Shown: piece by piece, positions 30,595 through 39,331 of the stretch
How the letters are laid out: every line of letters starts with the position of its first letter
Position numbering within the stretch: position 1 is the stretch's first letter
Sequence record: LC739537.1
Strand: one strand, 5' to 3'
Source of the DNA: Escherichia phage phiWec188
DNA: 64,000 bases
The notes under the pieces: model-generated
Databases searched by the model: none
Seen by the model: the letters and a program-made list of their open reading frames with translations, nothing else
Told to the model about the DNA's origin: nothing
Program-made: the position numbers and the translations under genes

Positions 30595-30719
30595 AAAATT
30601 ATTTTTAAAGTAGCCAGTATTCGCGGTACTGACTATGCGGTATCGGGGGATGGTGAGAGCCATCTGCCGAAAGTTTACTCTGTTAAAGTAAGAAACAACA
30701 AGCTACATTAAAAACAACT

Positions 30720-30805
30720 TGGCGGTAGATGTAGGACTCGAACCTACACGCCGTTTCCGACTACAGTTTAGCAAACTGTCGTGGCTACCATTTCACCAAT
30801 CTACC
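30720..30805 (-). tRNA. tRNA-Ser (anticodon GCT)
   Basis: Acceptor GGTAGAT/ATCTACC, anticodon stem ACAGT/ACTGT with loop TTGCTAA, long variable arm, T-arm GTAGG-TTCGAGT-CCTAC, discriminator G, CCA. Confidence 0.7.
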
Positions 30806-30811
30806 TAAATT

Positions 30812-30901
30812 TGGAGGAAGGTAATGGAGTCGAACCATCACCGTATCTCTACAATGGGCCAGGGTTCAAATCTGGTTGCGTACCACTACGCCCTACCTTC
30901 C
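30812..30901 (-). tRNA. tRNA-Ser (anticodon TGA)
   Basis: Acceptor GGAAGGT/ACCTTCC, anticodon loop TTTGAAC on stem CCAG/CTGG, long variable arm, T-arm GATGG-TTCGACT-CCATT, CCA. Confidence 0.6.
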
Positions 30902-31136
30902 ATACATTTAATCTAACATAAAACGATGTTGATTGTCAACACCTTTTAAAACATTTTATTATGAATGGTGACTCCACCAACCCCCGTTCTCCACGAACGG
31001 TACTCTTCGAGCAATCTACCCTTGCAATCAAACGTTGTACACCGTTAGCTTGCTCATGCATATTTGCCTCATTCTCTGCCAACCATGATCAGTGGTAGGG
31101 TTCAAATCACTTGAGCTAATTCATACTAAAATGTTC

Positions 31137-31211
31137 TGGTGTCTTTACAAGGAATCGAACCTTGACTAAGAGTTTAGAAGACTCCTGTGCTATCCATTAC
31201 ACCATAAAGAC
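31137..31211 (-). tRNA. tRNA-Arg (anticodon TCT)
   Basis: Acceptor GTCTTTA/TAAAGAC, D-arm GTGT-AATGGATA-GCAC, anticodon loop CTTCTAA, T-arm CAAGG-TTCGATT-CCTTG, CCA. Confidence 0.7.
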
Positions 31212-31213
31212 GT

Positions 31214-31288
31214 TGGTGGCCCTGACTGGTTTCGATCCAGTTGCCTATCGGTTATGAGCCGACTGCTCTCCCATTGAGCTACAGGGCC
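31214..31288 (-). tRNA. tRNA with CAT anticodon (Met or lysidine-type Ile2)
   Basis: Acceptor GGCCCTG/CAGGGCC, D-arm GCTC-AATGGGA-GAGC, anticodon loop CTCATAA, T-arm ACTGG-ATCGAAA-CCAGT, CCA; acceptor resembles Ile2-type tRNAs. Confidence 0.6.
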
Positions 31289-31545
31289 GTAAATGTGGTA
31301 ACAGAGACGTTGAAAGTAGTAGGAAGTAGCTACCATTCCTCGGACGTAAGCCCAACATTCAGCGTAAATGTTCTTGAGCCGAAGCTTTTCCATATGTTCT
31401 TTGGTAGCTAACCTCCGAACAAGTAGCCTCTAACATCTCAACGATGCAAATCCGTCTTAACAACAGTCAACGACCCTGTTACCACACTTGATAAAGCGTA
31501 TCTTAACAAAATAAGACACGCTTGTCAATACTTATTTCAAATATT

Positions 31546-31794
31546 TTAGGCGTAATCTTGAACCTCTTCAGAGTCACGTTTTTCAAGTAGTGCTATAACA
31601 AGTGCTTCAGCATTTTGCCAAGAGTTCTCCAGGTCCATTTGACGCATAAGAGCCAGGAAATCGATAACTTTAACGTCCTCGTTGATGACGATCCTAACAC
31701 CGTCTTCACTCTCGGTAACATACTTCTCTGGGTTGAACATGAAGATTGCTCCGCCTTCACCGTCAGTCAACACATGTTTTTCTACTAAAGACAT
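31546..31794 (-). CDS. hypothetical protein
   Basis: 82-aa acidic ORF at the start of the leftward transcription unit. Confidence 0.4.
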   Translation of the reverse strand: MSLVEKHVLTDGEGGAIFMFNPEKYVTESEDGVRIVINEDVKVIDFLALMRQMDLENSWQNAEALVIALLEKRDSEEVQDYA

Positions 31795-31805
31795 ATTGAT
31801 TCCTC

Positions 31806-32066
31806 CTAATCGATTGTTTGTTCGTCCTCCATTACATTAGAAATGAGAACGTCTGTTATACCTTGATGCTGATAGACCCTTTCGGGGCTGTCGTCAAATG
31901 CCAAGCCTGTACATATCGAACAGAGATCTGACTCTTGAATAATTCCATTTTTATCACGTCTGGAATGGTTAGTCAAGTGTCTGTTACAAGCCCGACAACG
32001 AAAATAAAAATTGTTTTGCATAAATCCTTCGAACCCCAAAATGGGGAGTAATCGGCATCTCCTCAC
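31806..32066 (-). CDS. hypothetical Cys-rich (zinc-ribbon-like) protein
   Basis: 86-aa ORF with CRACNRH...CSIC; start uncertain (GTG at 32066 or ATG at 32021). Confidence 0.35.
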   Translation of the reverse strand: MRRCRLLPILGFEGFMQNNFYFRCRACNRHLTNHSRRDKNGIIQESDLCSICTGLAFDDSPERVYQHQGITDVLISNVMEDEQTID

Positions 32067-32095
32067 TTTTAGTGTAGCACGAAGGTTATGTTAAG

Positions 32096-32287
32096 TCAAC
32101 TGGGAATAATCTTATCACGTTTGGTTTCGTAACCTGTCCACTCAAGATCTCCCCAACCCTCATCACCATCCATCAAGTTATCTTCTTCATCGTAAGATGA
32201 AATGTTGTAAATTGACTTCGGATTACAAGACATACAATCTTTGATTGGGATGTGGTGCCACTTGCACGGATTCTCGCTGGTACTCAT
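32096..32287 (-). CDS. hypothetical small Cys-containing protein
   Basis: 63-aa ORF; ATG with GAGGAG RBS. Confidence 0.4.
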   Translation of the reverse strand: MSTSENPCKWHHIPIKDCMSCNPKSIYNISSYDEEDNLMDGDEGWGDLEWTGYETKRDKIIPS

Positions 32288-32362
32288 GTTAATCTCCTCT
32301 GTTATCGTGTTCTTGGGATGAACTCTAACATATGTAAGATCTAAAAGTCAACTAATTCTTTT

Positions 32363-32410
32363 AACTACTAACTAATAATAATTATTTTATTTTTTGTTAG
32401 TTAGTTTGTT
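32363..32410. repeat. imperfect inverted repeat in the divergent intergenic region
   Basis: Arms AACTACTAACTAA (32363-32375) and TTAGTTAGTTTGTT (32397-32410) flank an AT-only spacer TAATAATTATTTTATTTTTTG. Confidence 0.5.
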
Positions 32411-32604
32411 GATCAGTATAGAGCAGATCTGTTACTATCTAACTGTCTTTAAGATCTTTAAAACCTAAGTCTTTTAGATCGAGCATATACTTAACCAATA
32501 AAAACAAGACCTTAACTCGCTGCGCTCGTTAATAGGTTTTTAGGGTATCACATTTCGATAATCAAAGTCAAGACAATTTTTCAAATTATTTTCATTGTGC
32601 AAAG

Positions 32605-32633
32605 CTTGTGTTCTTTGGTGTATGTGCTATAGT
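32605..32633 (+). promoter_or_regulatory. candidate sigma70-type early promoter
   Basis: TTGTGT-like -35, about 16-17 bp spacer, TGcTATAGT extended -10, roughly 30 bp upstream of first rightward gene. Confidence 0.3.
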
Positions 32634-32663
32634 GAATAAACTTAAACAAGAAAGGAGATATAA

Positions 32664-32876
32664 ATGAGTATTGCTAAGACAGCCAATCAACGTATGAAAG
32701 AAGGTATCAACCTAACACCACGACCTAAACCTGGAGGTCACTATGTAACACATGCAAAAACTTACTGGGTTGATCAGATAGTCGGTAGTCGTGAAGTAGA
32801 TAGTCCAAAAGAGTTCGACCGCCTGTGTTATGGGTATAGCGATATGGAAGACTTCATAGATCGCATTGTGGATTGA
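32664..32876 (+). CDS. hypothetical early protein
   Basis: 70-aa ORF, ATG with AAGGAG RBS. Confidence 0.45.
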   Translation: MSIAKTANQRMKEGINLTPRPKPGGHYVTHAKTYWVDQIVGSREVDSPKEFDRLCYGYSDMEDFIDRIVD

Positions 32877-32948
32877 TTAAGGTGTGAGGTAAGGTGATTT
32901 ATCATCTTCATTAAAATATTGCGTTAGAGACGCGTTTAGGAGGGTAGA

Positions 32949-33275
32949 ATGAGGTTTACAAGACAAGAGGTGGTTGTGCTGGACGAGGCAATGACAATGA
33001 TTGTCTTTTACTATGAAGATATCTTCTGTGCAGCATATCATTTAAACGACATTCAAATTGAATGGCAGCAGATAGCGTTCCTGTTTGACAAGAGTAATCA
33101 TCTGGATGGATTTGAGTATTTGGAATGGGATGGTGCAAGACAAATCAAAATTGTTGGATTAAATCATGATCAGCTTGTTGACATTGATTGCAAGCTGTGT
33201 CATTATCAGTTCTCCAACAAAGTTAAACTCGAAAGACAATTGGAGGTAGTTAAAGATGATAGCACTAATCAGTGA
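32949..33275 (+). CDS. hypothetical early protein
   Basis: 108-aa ORF with GGAGGG RBS. Confidence 0.45.
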   Translation: MRFTRQEVVVLDEAMTMIVFYYEDIFCAAYHLNDIQIEWQQIAFLFDKSNHLDGFEYLEWDGARQIKIVGLNHDQLVDIDCKLCHYQFSNKVKLERQLEVVKDDSTNQ

Positions 33276-33368
33276 GCACCCATACCTGGCAACATTTGTT
33301 CTGATTTTTGCCCTTGCTGTAATTCACGATGTTCTGATAAGCTATTTTGACAACAAAGGAGGTAAGAA

Positions 33369-33563
33369 ATGAAAGACGTTATTCAAATGATTTTCCGTGT
33401 CACCCTGGATGATAATCATGTTGTTAAAGGCACCCAGAACTACACAGAAGCGAAAGAACATTTCCTGGAATGGATTGAGACGTTGAAGACACAAAACGTG
33501 TCCTACAGTCGCGTTACGCTCTCTGGCGACCATATGCCTATCATGGAGTATACAAAGAAATGA
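33369..33563 (+). CDS. hypothetical protein
   Basis: 64-aa ORF with AGGAGG RBS. Confidence 0.4.
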   Translation: MKDVIQMIFRVTLDDNHVVKGTQNYTEAKEHFLEWIETLKTQNVSYSRVTLSGDHMPIMEYTKK

Positions 33564-33799
33564 GTAAATATCCGATCACAGGTGTAACCTACTCGTGTGT
33601 AGGTAAAGGCGGTTTGTATTCGGTTGTGGAATTTCCAAAACCTGCTGGGGTATCTAAAGTCTTCGATCCTATCGTGATCTATGAAGACTTACGTACAGGA
33701 CAGCACTACTGGAGATTCCAGGGTGATTTTTTAGATCGTATGGAGGTAGTTAATGGCGACAACACCGAAGAAGTCATCAAAAACAAAAACCGCTACTAA
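33560..33799 (+). CDS. hypothetical protein
   Basis: 79-aa ORF, ATGA start/stop overlap with upstream gene. Confidence 0.4.
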   Translation: MSKYPITGVTYSCVGKGGLYSVVEFPKPAGVSKVFDPIVIYEDLRTGQHYWRFQGDFLDRMEVVNGDNTEEVIKNKNRY

Positions 33800-34109
33800 G
33801 AAACCAAAGAAGAACGAAGTTCTGAAGGTTGCTAAATCAGTCCCTAAGAAAGATAAATTTGATACGGAGGCATTCGTCTTTGACACAGCTATCGAGAAAA
33901 TTGAAGAAGCGTTGCAGCGTCTTGAGGAGCAGGAGGCAGACCCAATGGCTGAACCACTCACCCAAGACCAACTCTACTGGTTTGGATGGTGGACTCTCAA
34001 TCTCCCAGAAGCAAAAAAGCGAGGAATGACTTCAGTTCCTACTTGTGCAAAAGAGGCTGCTGTGTTAGGCTTATACGAGAAATCCAAGAAAGGGGGTAAA
34101 AAGAAATGA
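33753..34109 (+). CDS. Lys-rich (histone H1-like) putative DNA-binding protein
   Basis: 118 aa; N-terminus PKKSSKTKTATKKPKKNEVLKVAKSVPKK and C-terminal KKGGKKK. Confidence 0.4.
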   Translation: MATTPKKSSKTKTATKKPKKNEVLKVAKSVPKKDKFDTEAFVFDTAIEKIEEALQRLEEQEADPMAEPLTQDQLYWFGWWTLNLPEAKKRGMTSVPTCAKEAAVLGLYEKSKKGGKKK

Positions 34110-34387
34110 CCAAGACTTTCCTGAAGTGTGTAAAAGCAAAAGAGAACGAATGGTACTCTGGACTCTTTACTGTAGGCAAGAAGTACGAGATCCTCAACGG
34201 GACAGGTAAGAAGTTTTCTCTTGTTGTAAACGACGAAGGTGCGGAGCAAATGGTATTTGCTGAAAGCTCTGTCTACGGTATCTTTGAAGTGGTGCAAGAA
34301 GGTTCTCCATTAGTCCTGGAATATCTTGGCACGAATCAACCATACACTGCCCTGGATGTTATCAACAACAAGAAGGATGCAAAATGA
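34106..34387 (+). CDS. hypothetical protein
   Basis: 93-aa ORF, coupled starts. Confidence 0.4.
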   Translation: MTKTFLKCVKAKENEWYSGLFTVGKKYEILNGTGKKFSLVVNDEGAEQMVFAESSVYGIFEVVQEGSPLVLEYLGTNQPYTALDVINNKKDAK

Positions 34388-34566
34388 TTTTGCTTTATTC
34401 CGGCAAGGCAAAATACATGCAAGGTGTTAAGCGTGTAGAGGTTACTAAGACGGTTACAATTGGAAAGTCTTTCGTGGTATACTGCTTCCTTGTTAACGGA
34501 ACAGAGTATGCTGTTGCAAAGACTTTGGTTGATAATGGTAAAACTTGGAAAGTGGAGGCACTATGA
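34384..34566 (+). CDS. hypothetical protein
   Basis: 60-aa ORF. Confidence 0.35.
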   Translation: MILLYSGKAKYMQGVKRVEVTKTVTIGKSFVVYCFLVNGTEYAVAKTLVDNGKTWKVEAL

Positions 34567-34760
34567 TCAGTGTGGCTGGATGGGTTGTACTGGCAACCCT
34601 CAACGGGAATGTCACCGTGGAGACTAAAACAGTCTTCAAAGCACCAGAAGATTGTTATAACTCTCTGGTGGCATGGCCTCGTGATGAGGATGATAAGGCA
34701 GAGTATCAGTGTTTTTACATTGAGGCTCAACCTGTTGAATTTGAGGTTAAAGTGAAATGA
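34563..34760 (+). CDS. hypothetical protein
   Basis: ATG at 34563 with GGAGG RBS (ORF track begins at an upstream TTG, 34545). Confidence 0.35.
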   Translation: MISVAGWVVLATLNGNVTVETKTVFKAPEDCYNSLVAWPRDEDDKAEYQCFYIEAQPVEFEVKVK

Positions 34761-35242
34761 AAATAAAAATTACTAAAGCAGAGGTAGATAACCCACAATT
34801 CTTTTCTTTGAATAAGAGTTACGATATTAAAAACGGAGACGAGTTTGATGTTGTAGATATGGTAACAGACTCTGATGGTGTAGACATTGGATATATGATT
34901 ATTCCGCCTTGTGGTGGTAGTCCTATTATCGTATTGCGTGACGAAGCTATAGAGGTATGTTCCGATGAACCTCCATATGACAGCCCATACATGACAGAGT
35001 GGGTTGTTGCTGTGGATGTTGGAGGTATGGTTTCTGTACTGAAAGCTCCTAATCTCCACCCTGGCTTCACAGAGAACGGTAAGACAGCTTTGGATTACGG
35101 GTTGCCGGAAGATGTTGACAATACACCGCCAGGCATGTATCGTTGGATCTGCTCTTTCCACGAAGAGAAGGATTGGGAATCAGGTCTTGTGGATGATTGG
35201 CATTTCAAAGTGGAGAGTTCTTTTTTAATCATGCCAGCTTAG
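34757..35242 (+). CDS. hypothetical protein
   Basis: 161-aa ORF. Confidence 0.4.
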   Translation: MKIKITKAEVDNPQFFSLNKSYDIKNGDEFDVVDMVTDSDGVDIGYMIIPPCGGSPIIVLRDEAIEVCSDEPPYDSPYMTEWVVAVDVGGMVSVLKAPNLHPGFTENGKTALDYGLPEDVDNTPPGMYRWICSFHEEKDWESGLVDDWHFKVESSFLIMPA

Positions 35243-35252
35243 AGGAGGTTAT

Positions 35253-35597
35253 ATGAAAGTTTGGATAGATGATATGCGTAACCCAGCCGACTACGGACAG
35301 GAAGATGCCATTTGGTTTAAAACGTCACAAGAAGCTATGGAGTTTCTCAATGACCCTGCTAAACTGTATCGAAGAGTAACCGAGTGGTCCTTTGACAATG
35401 ACTTAGGTATGCAGTCAGACCAAGATGGGTATGACGTTTTCCTGCACTTGGAAGAACTCCTGGCGTTTGGTAAACCTTGCTTTGGTTCGCCTATCATCTT
35501 CGTGCATACTTCTAATCCCGCCGCTGGGGATAAATTCATGCTTGCAAAAGAATCCATGCTGCGTTATGGTATTCAAATGAAGCGTGTTCACTATTAA
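35253..35597 (+). CDS. hypothetical protein
   Basis: 114-aa ORF, GAGGAGG RBS. Confidence 0.4.
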   Translation: MKVWIDDMRNPADYGQEDAIWFKTSQEAMEFLNDPAKLYRRVTEWSFDNDLGMQSDQDGYDVFLHLEELLAFGKPCFGSPIIFVHTSNPAAGDKFMLAKESMLRYGIQMKRVHY

Positions 35598-35606
35598 GGA
35601 GGTGTT

Positions 35607-35741
35607 ATGCTTTATGTTATTTGGGTAGATGAAGGGGATGGGTTTTATGTATACAAACACACTAACCATTGGCCCGATGTAGAAAAAGCACTTGCAACTT
35701 TTGAAGATTGCTTTTACGATATACATACAGACGAAGAGTAA
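35607..35741 (+). CDS. small hypothetical protein (44 aa)
   Basis: ATG with AAGGAGG RBS, fills the gap between annotated ORFs; below the 60-aa track cutoff. Confidence 0.3.
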   Translation: MLYVIWVDEGDGFYVYKHTNHWPDVEKALATFEDCFYDIHTDEE

Positions 35742-35752
35742 GGAGAAACCTA

Positions 35753-36109
35753 ATGAGCAGTCTTGATCATAACATTTGTTACCAACCTCTCACTTGGATT
35801 GGTGAGGGTCATTATGCGCAACGTGTTATCGTCTGTGCTGCGAATAAGTATATTCTGAATAATGGTGAAGAGTTAATTATCCCTTGCGTTCGACATGCAA
35901 ATCCTGTACTATATGCACAGTTAAGCGTGTTGAAAGAAGCAGGTGCGATCAGCAAAACTTTGTGCACGCCAGATAATCAAGGTTTTATCGATCAGTATTA
36001 CAATTGGTGGAGTCGTGAGGATGCTTACATCATCGCGGAAAATGCTGACCAGATTGACCATGAGCGTAATGGTCACGACCATGAACTATTTAGCGAGGGA
36101 TTATACTAA
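35753..36109 (+). CDS. hypothetical protein
   Basis: ATG at 35753 with AAGGAG RBS (track ORF starts earlier at 35708). Confidence 0.4.
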   Translation: MSSLDHNICYQPLTWIGEGHYAQRVIVCAANKYILNNGEELIIPCVRHANPVLYAQLSVLKEAGAISKTLCTPDNQGFIDQYYNWWSREDAYIIAENADQIDHERNGHDHELFSEGLY

Positions 36110-36654
36110 TGTTTATTACAAGCGATTTGCATTTTATGCATAAACGTATTCGAGAGTTTGCTCCTGAATATCGTCCGTGGGAAGATATGGACCACATGAC
36201 AGAAGCCCTGATTGAAGCATGGAACAAATGTGCTACTACTCCTGGTGTTAAGATGTGGCATTTGGGCGACTTCTGTTTCGGGACTGAAGAAGATACCCGT
36301 AAGATTGCTTCCCGTCTCCAAGGAGATATCACTTATCTTGTTGGGAACCATGATTACAGCAAACACCGAGAAGTGCTTGCAGAGTATGGCGAAGTGAAGT
36401 ATTATGACGAAGTGAAATATCAGAAGCTGTTCTTCGTCTTAAGTCATTACCCTATTGCCTCCTGGAATAAACAGGGTCGCGGTAGTATTATGGTCCACGG
36501 GCATTCTCACGGATCTTTCCCTGATGAAGCCTACGGCAAGATGCTTGACGTTGGTTGGGATGCACATGGTAAGATTCTGCATTTTGATGAAGTTATTAAA
36601 ATGATGGAAAAGCGTGAAGTGATCACGGTAGACCATCACAAAATTATTCGATAG
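36109..36654 (+). CDS. metallophosphoesterase (calcineurin-like phosphatase)
   Basis: 181 aa; metal-binding signature elements GDFCFG, GNHD, and GHSH. Confidence 0.55.
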   Translation: MFITSDLHFMHKRIREFAPEYRPWEDMDHMTEALIEAWNKCATTPGVKMWHLGDFCFGTEEDTRKIASRLQGDITYLVGNHDYSKHREVLAEYGEVKYYDEVKYQKLFFVLSHYPIASWNKQGRGSIMVHGHSHGSFPDEAYGKMLDVGWDAHGKILHFDEVIKMMEKREVITVDHHKIIR

Positions 36655-36662
36655 GAGAGAAC

Positions 36663-36989
36663 ATGCAAATTTATACAGACGATCGTAAATATGAGACAAT
36701 TCTTGATGAAGACACTGGACGAATTACCGTTCTACGTCACGGTGAAGAATGGCGCGATGAGACTGGAGATAACTACATCTTATCTCTGATTCATGTTATT
36801 GAACAAATGCGCGATGATTACACTGAACTTCATTATGAAAATGAGCTAAACAAAGTAAAATTTGAAAACGCTCTTGAAGAGGAACGGGCTGAAATTAACA
36901 GTCTCAAAGAACTGGTTGCCCTACGTGATGAAGAAATCGACGGGCTGCAAGAAGAGATCTACGAACTTAACAGCGAACTGAACGGTTAA
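36663..36989 (+). CDS. hypothetical coiled-coil protein
   Basis: 108-aa ORF, acidic C-terminal coiled coil. Confidence 0.4.
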   Translation: MQIYTDDRKYETILDEDTGRITVLRHGEEWRDETGDNYILSLIHVIEQMRDDYTELHYENELNKVKFENALEEERAEINSLKELVALRDEEIDGLQEEIYELNSELNG

Positions 36990-36998
36990 GGAGGAAAC

Positions 36999-37160
36999 AT
37001 GGTAACAACTTATGTGTTGTTTGCATTTTATATGCTTGGTAACGGTGTGAATGGTGACTACTCACACGATTTCGGATCTCAAGGTGCTTGCGAAATGGCT
37101 TTAGCAGAAGGAATCCGTCAGAATATATTTAAACGTGGATTCTGTACACCTAAAGGCTAA
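36999..37160 (+). CDS. small hypothetical protein (53 aa)
   Basis: ATG with AAGGAGG RBS; not in ORF track (below 60 aa). Confidence 0.3.
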   Translation: MVTTYVLFAFYMLGNGVNGDYSHDFGSQGACEMALAEGIRQNIFKRGFCTPKG

Positions 37161-37169
37161 GGAGCAATT

Positions 37170-37361
37170 ATGAAGAAAGATATCGTTGTTGTTGGTTGGC
37201 TGACTTGTCCTTGTGGCAGTCATGACATTACAGTAAACACGGAGGGTGATAAAGATTATTTGTTCTATGGTGATAAAATCACTTGCAATACCTGCGGACG
37301 TGTTGGTATTATAGAAACCGATGATTGTTGTGCTTTTGAATCTTGGGATGAAGAGGAATGA
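37170..37361 (+). CDS. zinc-ribbon protein
   Basis: 63 aa with CPCG...CNTCG pair of CxxC motifs. Confidence 0.4.
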   Translation: MKKDIVVVGWLTCPCGSHDITVNTEGDKDYLFYGDKITCNTCGRVGIIETDDCCAFESWDEEE

Positions 37362-37585
37362 GTACTGCATTTTATGTACGTAACGAGGATGAAGATTTCC
37401 TTGCTTCTTTCGACGACGATTGCGATCTTGAAGAAATGTATGAAGACATGTTGGATTACGCCAAAGGTCAACGCTTTACGAGTGTTGATCATATGTTGGC
37501 AACTTCAACCATAATCTTGGATCAAGATTTGGATGAGATCTGCAATCGATTAAAAATTGCATTATTTACTTGGGACGAAACATAA
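37358..37585 (+). CDS. hypothetical acidic protein
   Basis: 75-aa ORF. Confidence 0.35.
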   Translation: MSTAFYVRNEDEDFLASFDDDCDLEEMYEDMLDYAKGQRFTSVDHMLATSTIILDQDLDEICNRLKIALFTWDET

Positions 37586-37809
37586 TGGCAACAACATTCT
37601 ATTTTGAAGGTAGTGAGAAAAAGACTTCCATTACCTTTCAAAGAAACACACCAGCAGAAGATTTCTTATGGATGATAATCGATCACCTGAAAAGCGAAGG
37701 TATTCACCATATAGACGAGTATTTCGCAGAGTCAACAGACTGGCAAAACGTTGTTATGGAAGATGTTATTTTCGAACTGCACCATATTATTACGGAGGAA
37801 GGAATTTGA
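37585..37809 (+). CDS. hypothetical protein
   Basis: ATG at 37585 (track ORF begins at upstream TTG 37570). Confidence 0.35.
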   Translation: MATTFYFEGSEKKTSITFQRNTPAEDFLWMIIDHLKSEGIHHIDEYFAESTDWQNVVMEDVIFELHHIITEEGI

Positions 37810-38921
37810 AACAGACAAATCAGACACTTTACGGTAAAGACTCAAATGGCAAACTGAAGCAATGGACTGTTTTCACAGACGGTGCAACAGTTACTGTAGC
37901 TCACGGTAAAGTTGGTGGAAAGATTACACAAAAATCATACGAAGCGGAAGCTAAAAATACTGGACGTGCAAATGCAACCACTCCAGAAGAACAAGCAGAA
38001 GCTGAAGCTTTTGCCAAGTGGACAAAACAACTGAAAAATGGTTATTATAAAACTATGGAAGAGGCGGAGAACCACGTCCCATCCACACCTATGAAATGCC
38101 AGGACTATAAAGATTTTGCGCATAAGGTGGTCTTCCCTGGATATGCACAATACAAACTGAATGGCTTACGTTCAATGATCAACATGAAGGGCGAATGTTT
38201 GTCTAAAGCTGGAGAAGTTTACAAACTCCCTCCGCACTGGCAAGGTATTCCAAACTTCATCAGCGAAGTTGTTGGTCATCCTCTGGATGGGGAAGTGTTC
38301 GCTGGTCTTGGTGTTCTTAGTTTGCAACAGATTAATAGTGCATGGAAAAAGCACAATGAGAACACGCCGCTCCTGAACTACTATGTTTACGATGTTCCTG
38401 TGGCAGATATGCCATTTGAGAAGCGTGTTGAAGTATTGGCGGCTCTTAAGGCTGTAGCTGAAGAGAGTGGTCTGGATGAACTGATCTGTGTCGTACATAC
38501 AGAGTATATTGAAAATCAAGAACAGTTGGATGCATTTTATGTTAAAGCTTTACTTGAAAAAGCTGAAGGTATCGTGTATCGTAATGCTCATGGTGTCTAT
38601 GAGTTTGATAAACGTTCCTATGACGTGATCAAACGAAAACCACGCCAGACTTTGGAAGTTAAAGTTATTTCTATGCGTTCTGATAAAAATAACGATGGGG
38701 TGTTGACAGGTGAGATGGAGAATGGTAAACTTGTTGAGTTCTTGATGCGAAAAGATGCTCACGAAACTATCAACTACCGTAAAGCAGAGAATGCCGAAAC
38801 TTTGATTGATCAGTTTGTTGAGATTGAGTATGAAGAATTTTCTGACGAAGGTATCCCAACTAAACCAGTCGGTGTACGTCTTCGTAAAATGATCCCAGGG
38901 ACTTGGGAGCCAGCAGAATAA
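37806..38921 (+). CDS. ATP-dependent DNA ligase
   Basis: Adenylation motif KLNGLR (KxDGxR-type motif I) about 110 aa from the proposed start; size and layout match T7-type phage ligases. Probable TTG start at 37806 behind GGAGGAAGG; the track ORF start at 37668 would overlap the upstream gene. Confidence 0.6.
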   Translation: MKQTNQTLYGKDSNGKLKQWTVFTDGATVTVAHGKVGGKITQKSYEAEAKNTGRANATTPEEQAEAEAFAKWTKQLKNGYYKTMEEAENHVPSTPMKCQDYKDFAHKVVFPGYAQYKLNGLRSMINMKGECLSKAGEVYKLPPHWQGIPNFISEVVGHPLDGEVFAGLGVLSLQQINSAWKKHNENTPLLNYYVYDVPVADMPFEKRVEVLAALKAVAEESGLDELICVVHTEYIENQEQLDAFYVKALLEKAEGIVYRNAHGVYEFDKRSYDVIKRKPRQTLEVKVISMRSDKNNDGVLTGEMENGKLVEFLMRKDAHETINYRKAENAETLIDQFVEIEYEEFSDEGIPTKPVGVRLRKMIPGTWEPAE

Positions 38922-38931
38922 AGGAGGTTGT

Positions 38932-39120
38932 ATGTTGATTTTAACAGTGTATATCTTGTTGTCAGTATTGGCTGTATGCTGTATGTTTCTTAGCTGTTGC
39001 AAAGATAAGACACTTTTAGTCTCTGTAGCAAAAACTATAGATGCGATAATGGCGGGTGTTGGGTACGCAGCAGTGATCTACATTTTCTGTTTTTACTTTG
39101 TGGCTGAATGGGTTAATTAA
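38932..39120 (+). CDS. small two-TM membrane protein (holin-like candidate)
   Basis: 62 aa, two hydrophobic helices, AAGGAGG RBS. Confidence 0.35.
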   Translation: MLILTVYILLSVLAVCCMFLSCCKDKTLLVSVAKTIDAIMAGVGYAAVIYIFCFYFVAEWVN

Positions 39121-39129
39121 GGGGGATTT

Positions 39130-39318
39130 ATGGGTGTTGAAGTTTTTCTGATTCTTTTGTTGCTTTCTATTGTGGCTTGTGGTATTATTATGGCTTCTAC
39201 ATTCCCATTAAACACTTGGTGGCGAAAATTAAGTCTGATGCTTATATACTGTGCAGCAGGTGCACAAATGGGTTCGGTTGTTGTCTACTTGACTGAACTC
39301 GCAAAAAACTATTTTTAA
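39130..39318 (+). CDS. small two-TM membrane protein (holin/antiholin-like candidate)
   Basis: 62 aa, two hydrophobic helices; tandem with the preceding membrane protein. Confidence 0.35.
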   Translation: MGVEVFLILLLLSIVACGIIMASTFPLNTWWRKLSLMLIYCAAGAQMGSVVVYLTELAKNYF

Positions 39319-39331
39319 TAAGGAGAACAAG

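Noticed and set aside
37668-37805. Upstream start (37668) for the DNA ligase ORF given in the ORF track
   Set aside because: That extension overlaps the preceding gene in another frame and lacks an RBS; TTG at 37806 behind GGAGGAAGG gives a protein whose KxDG motif position fits phage ligases.
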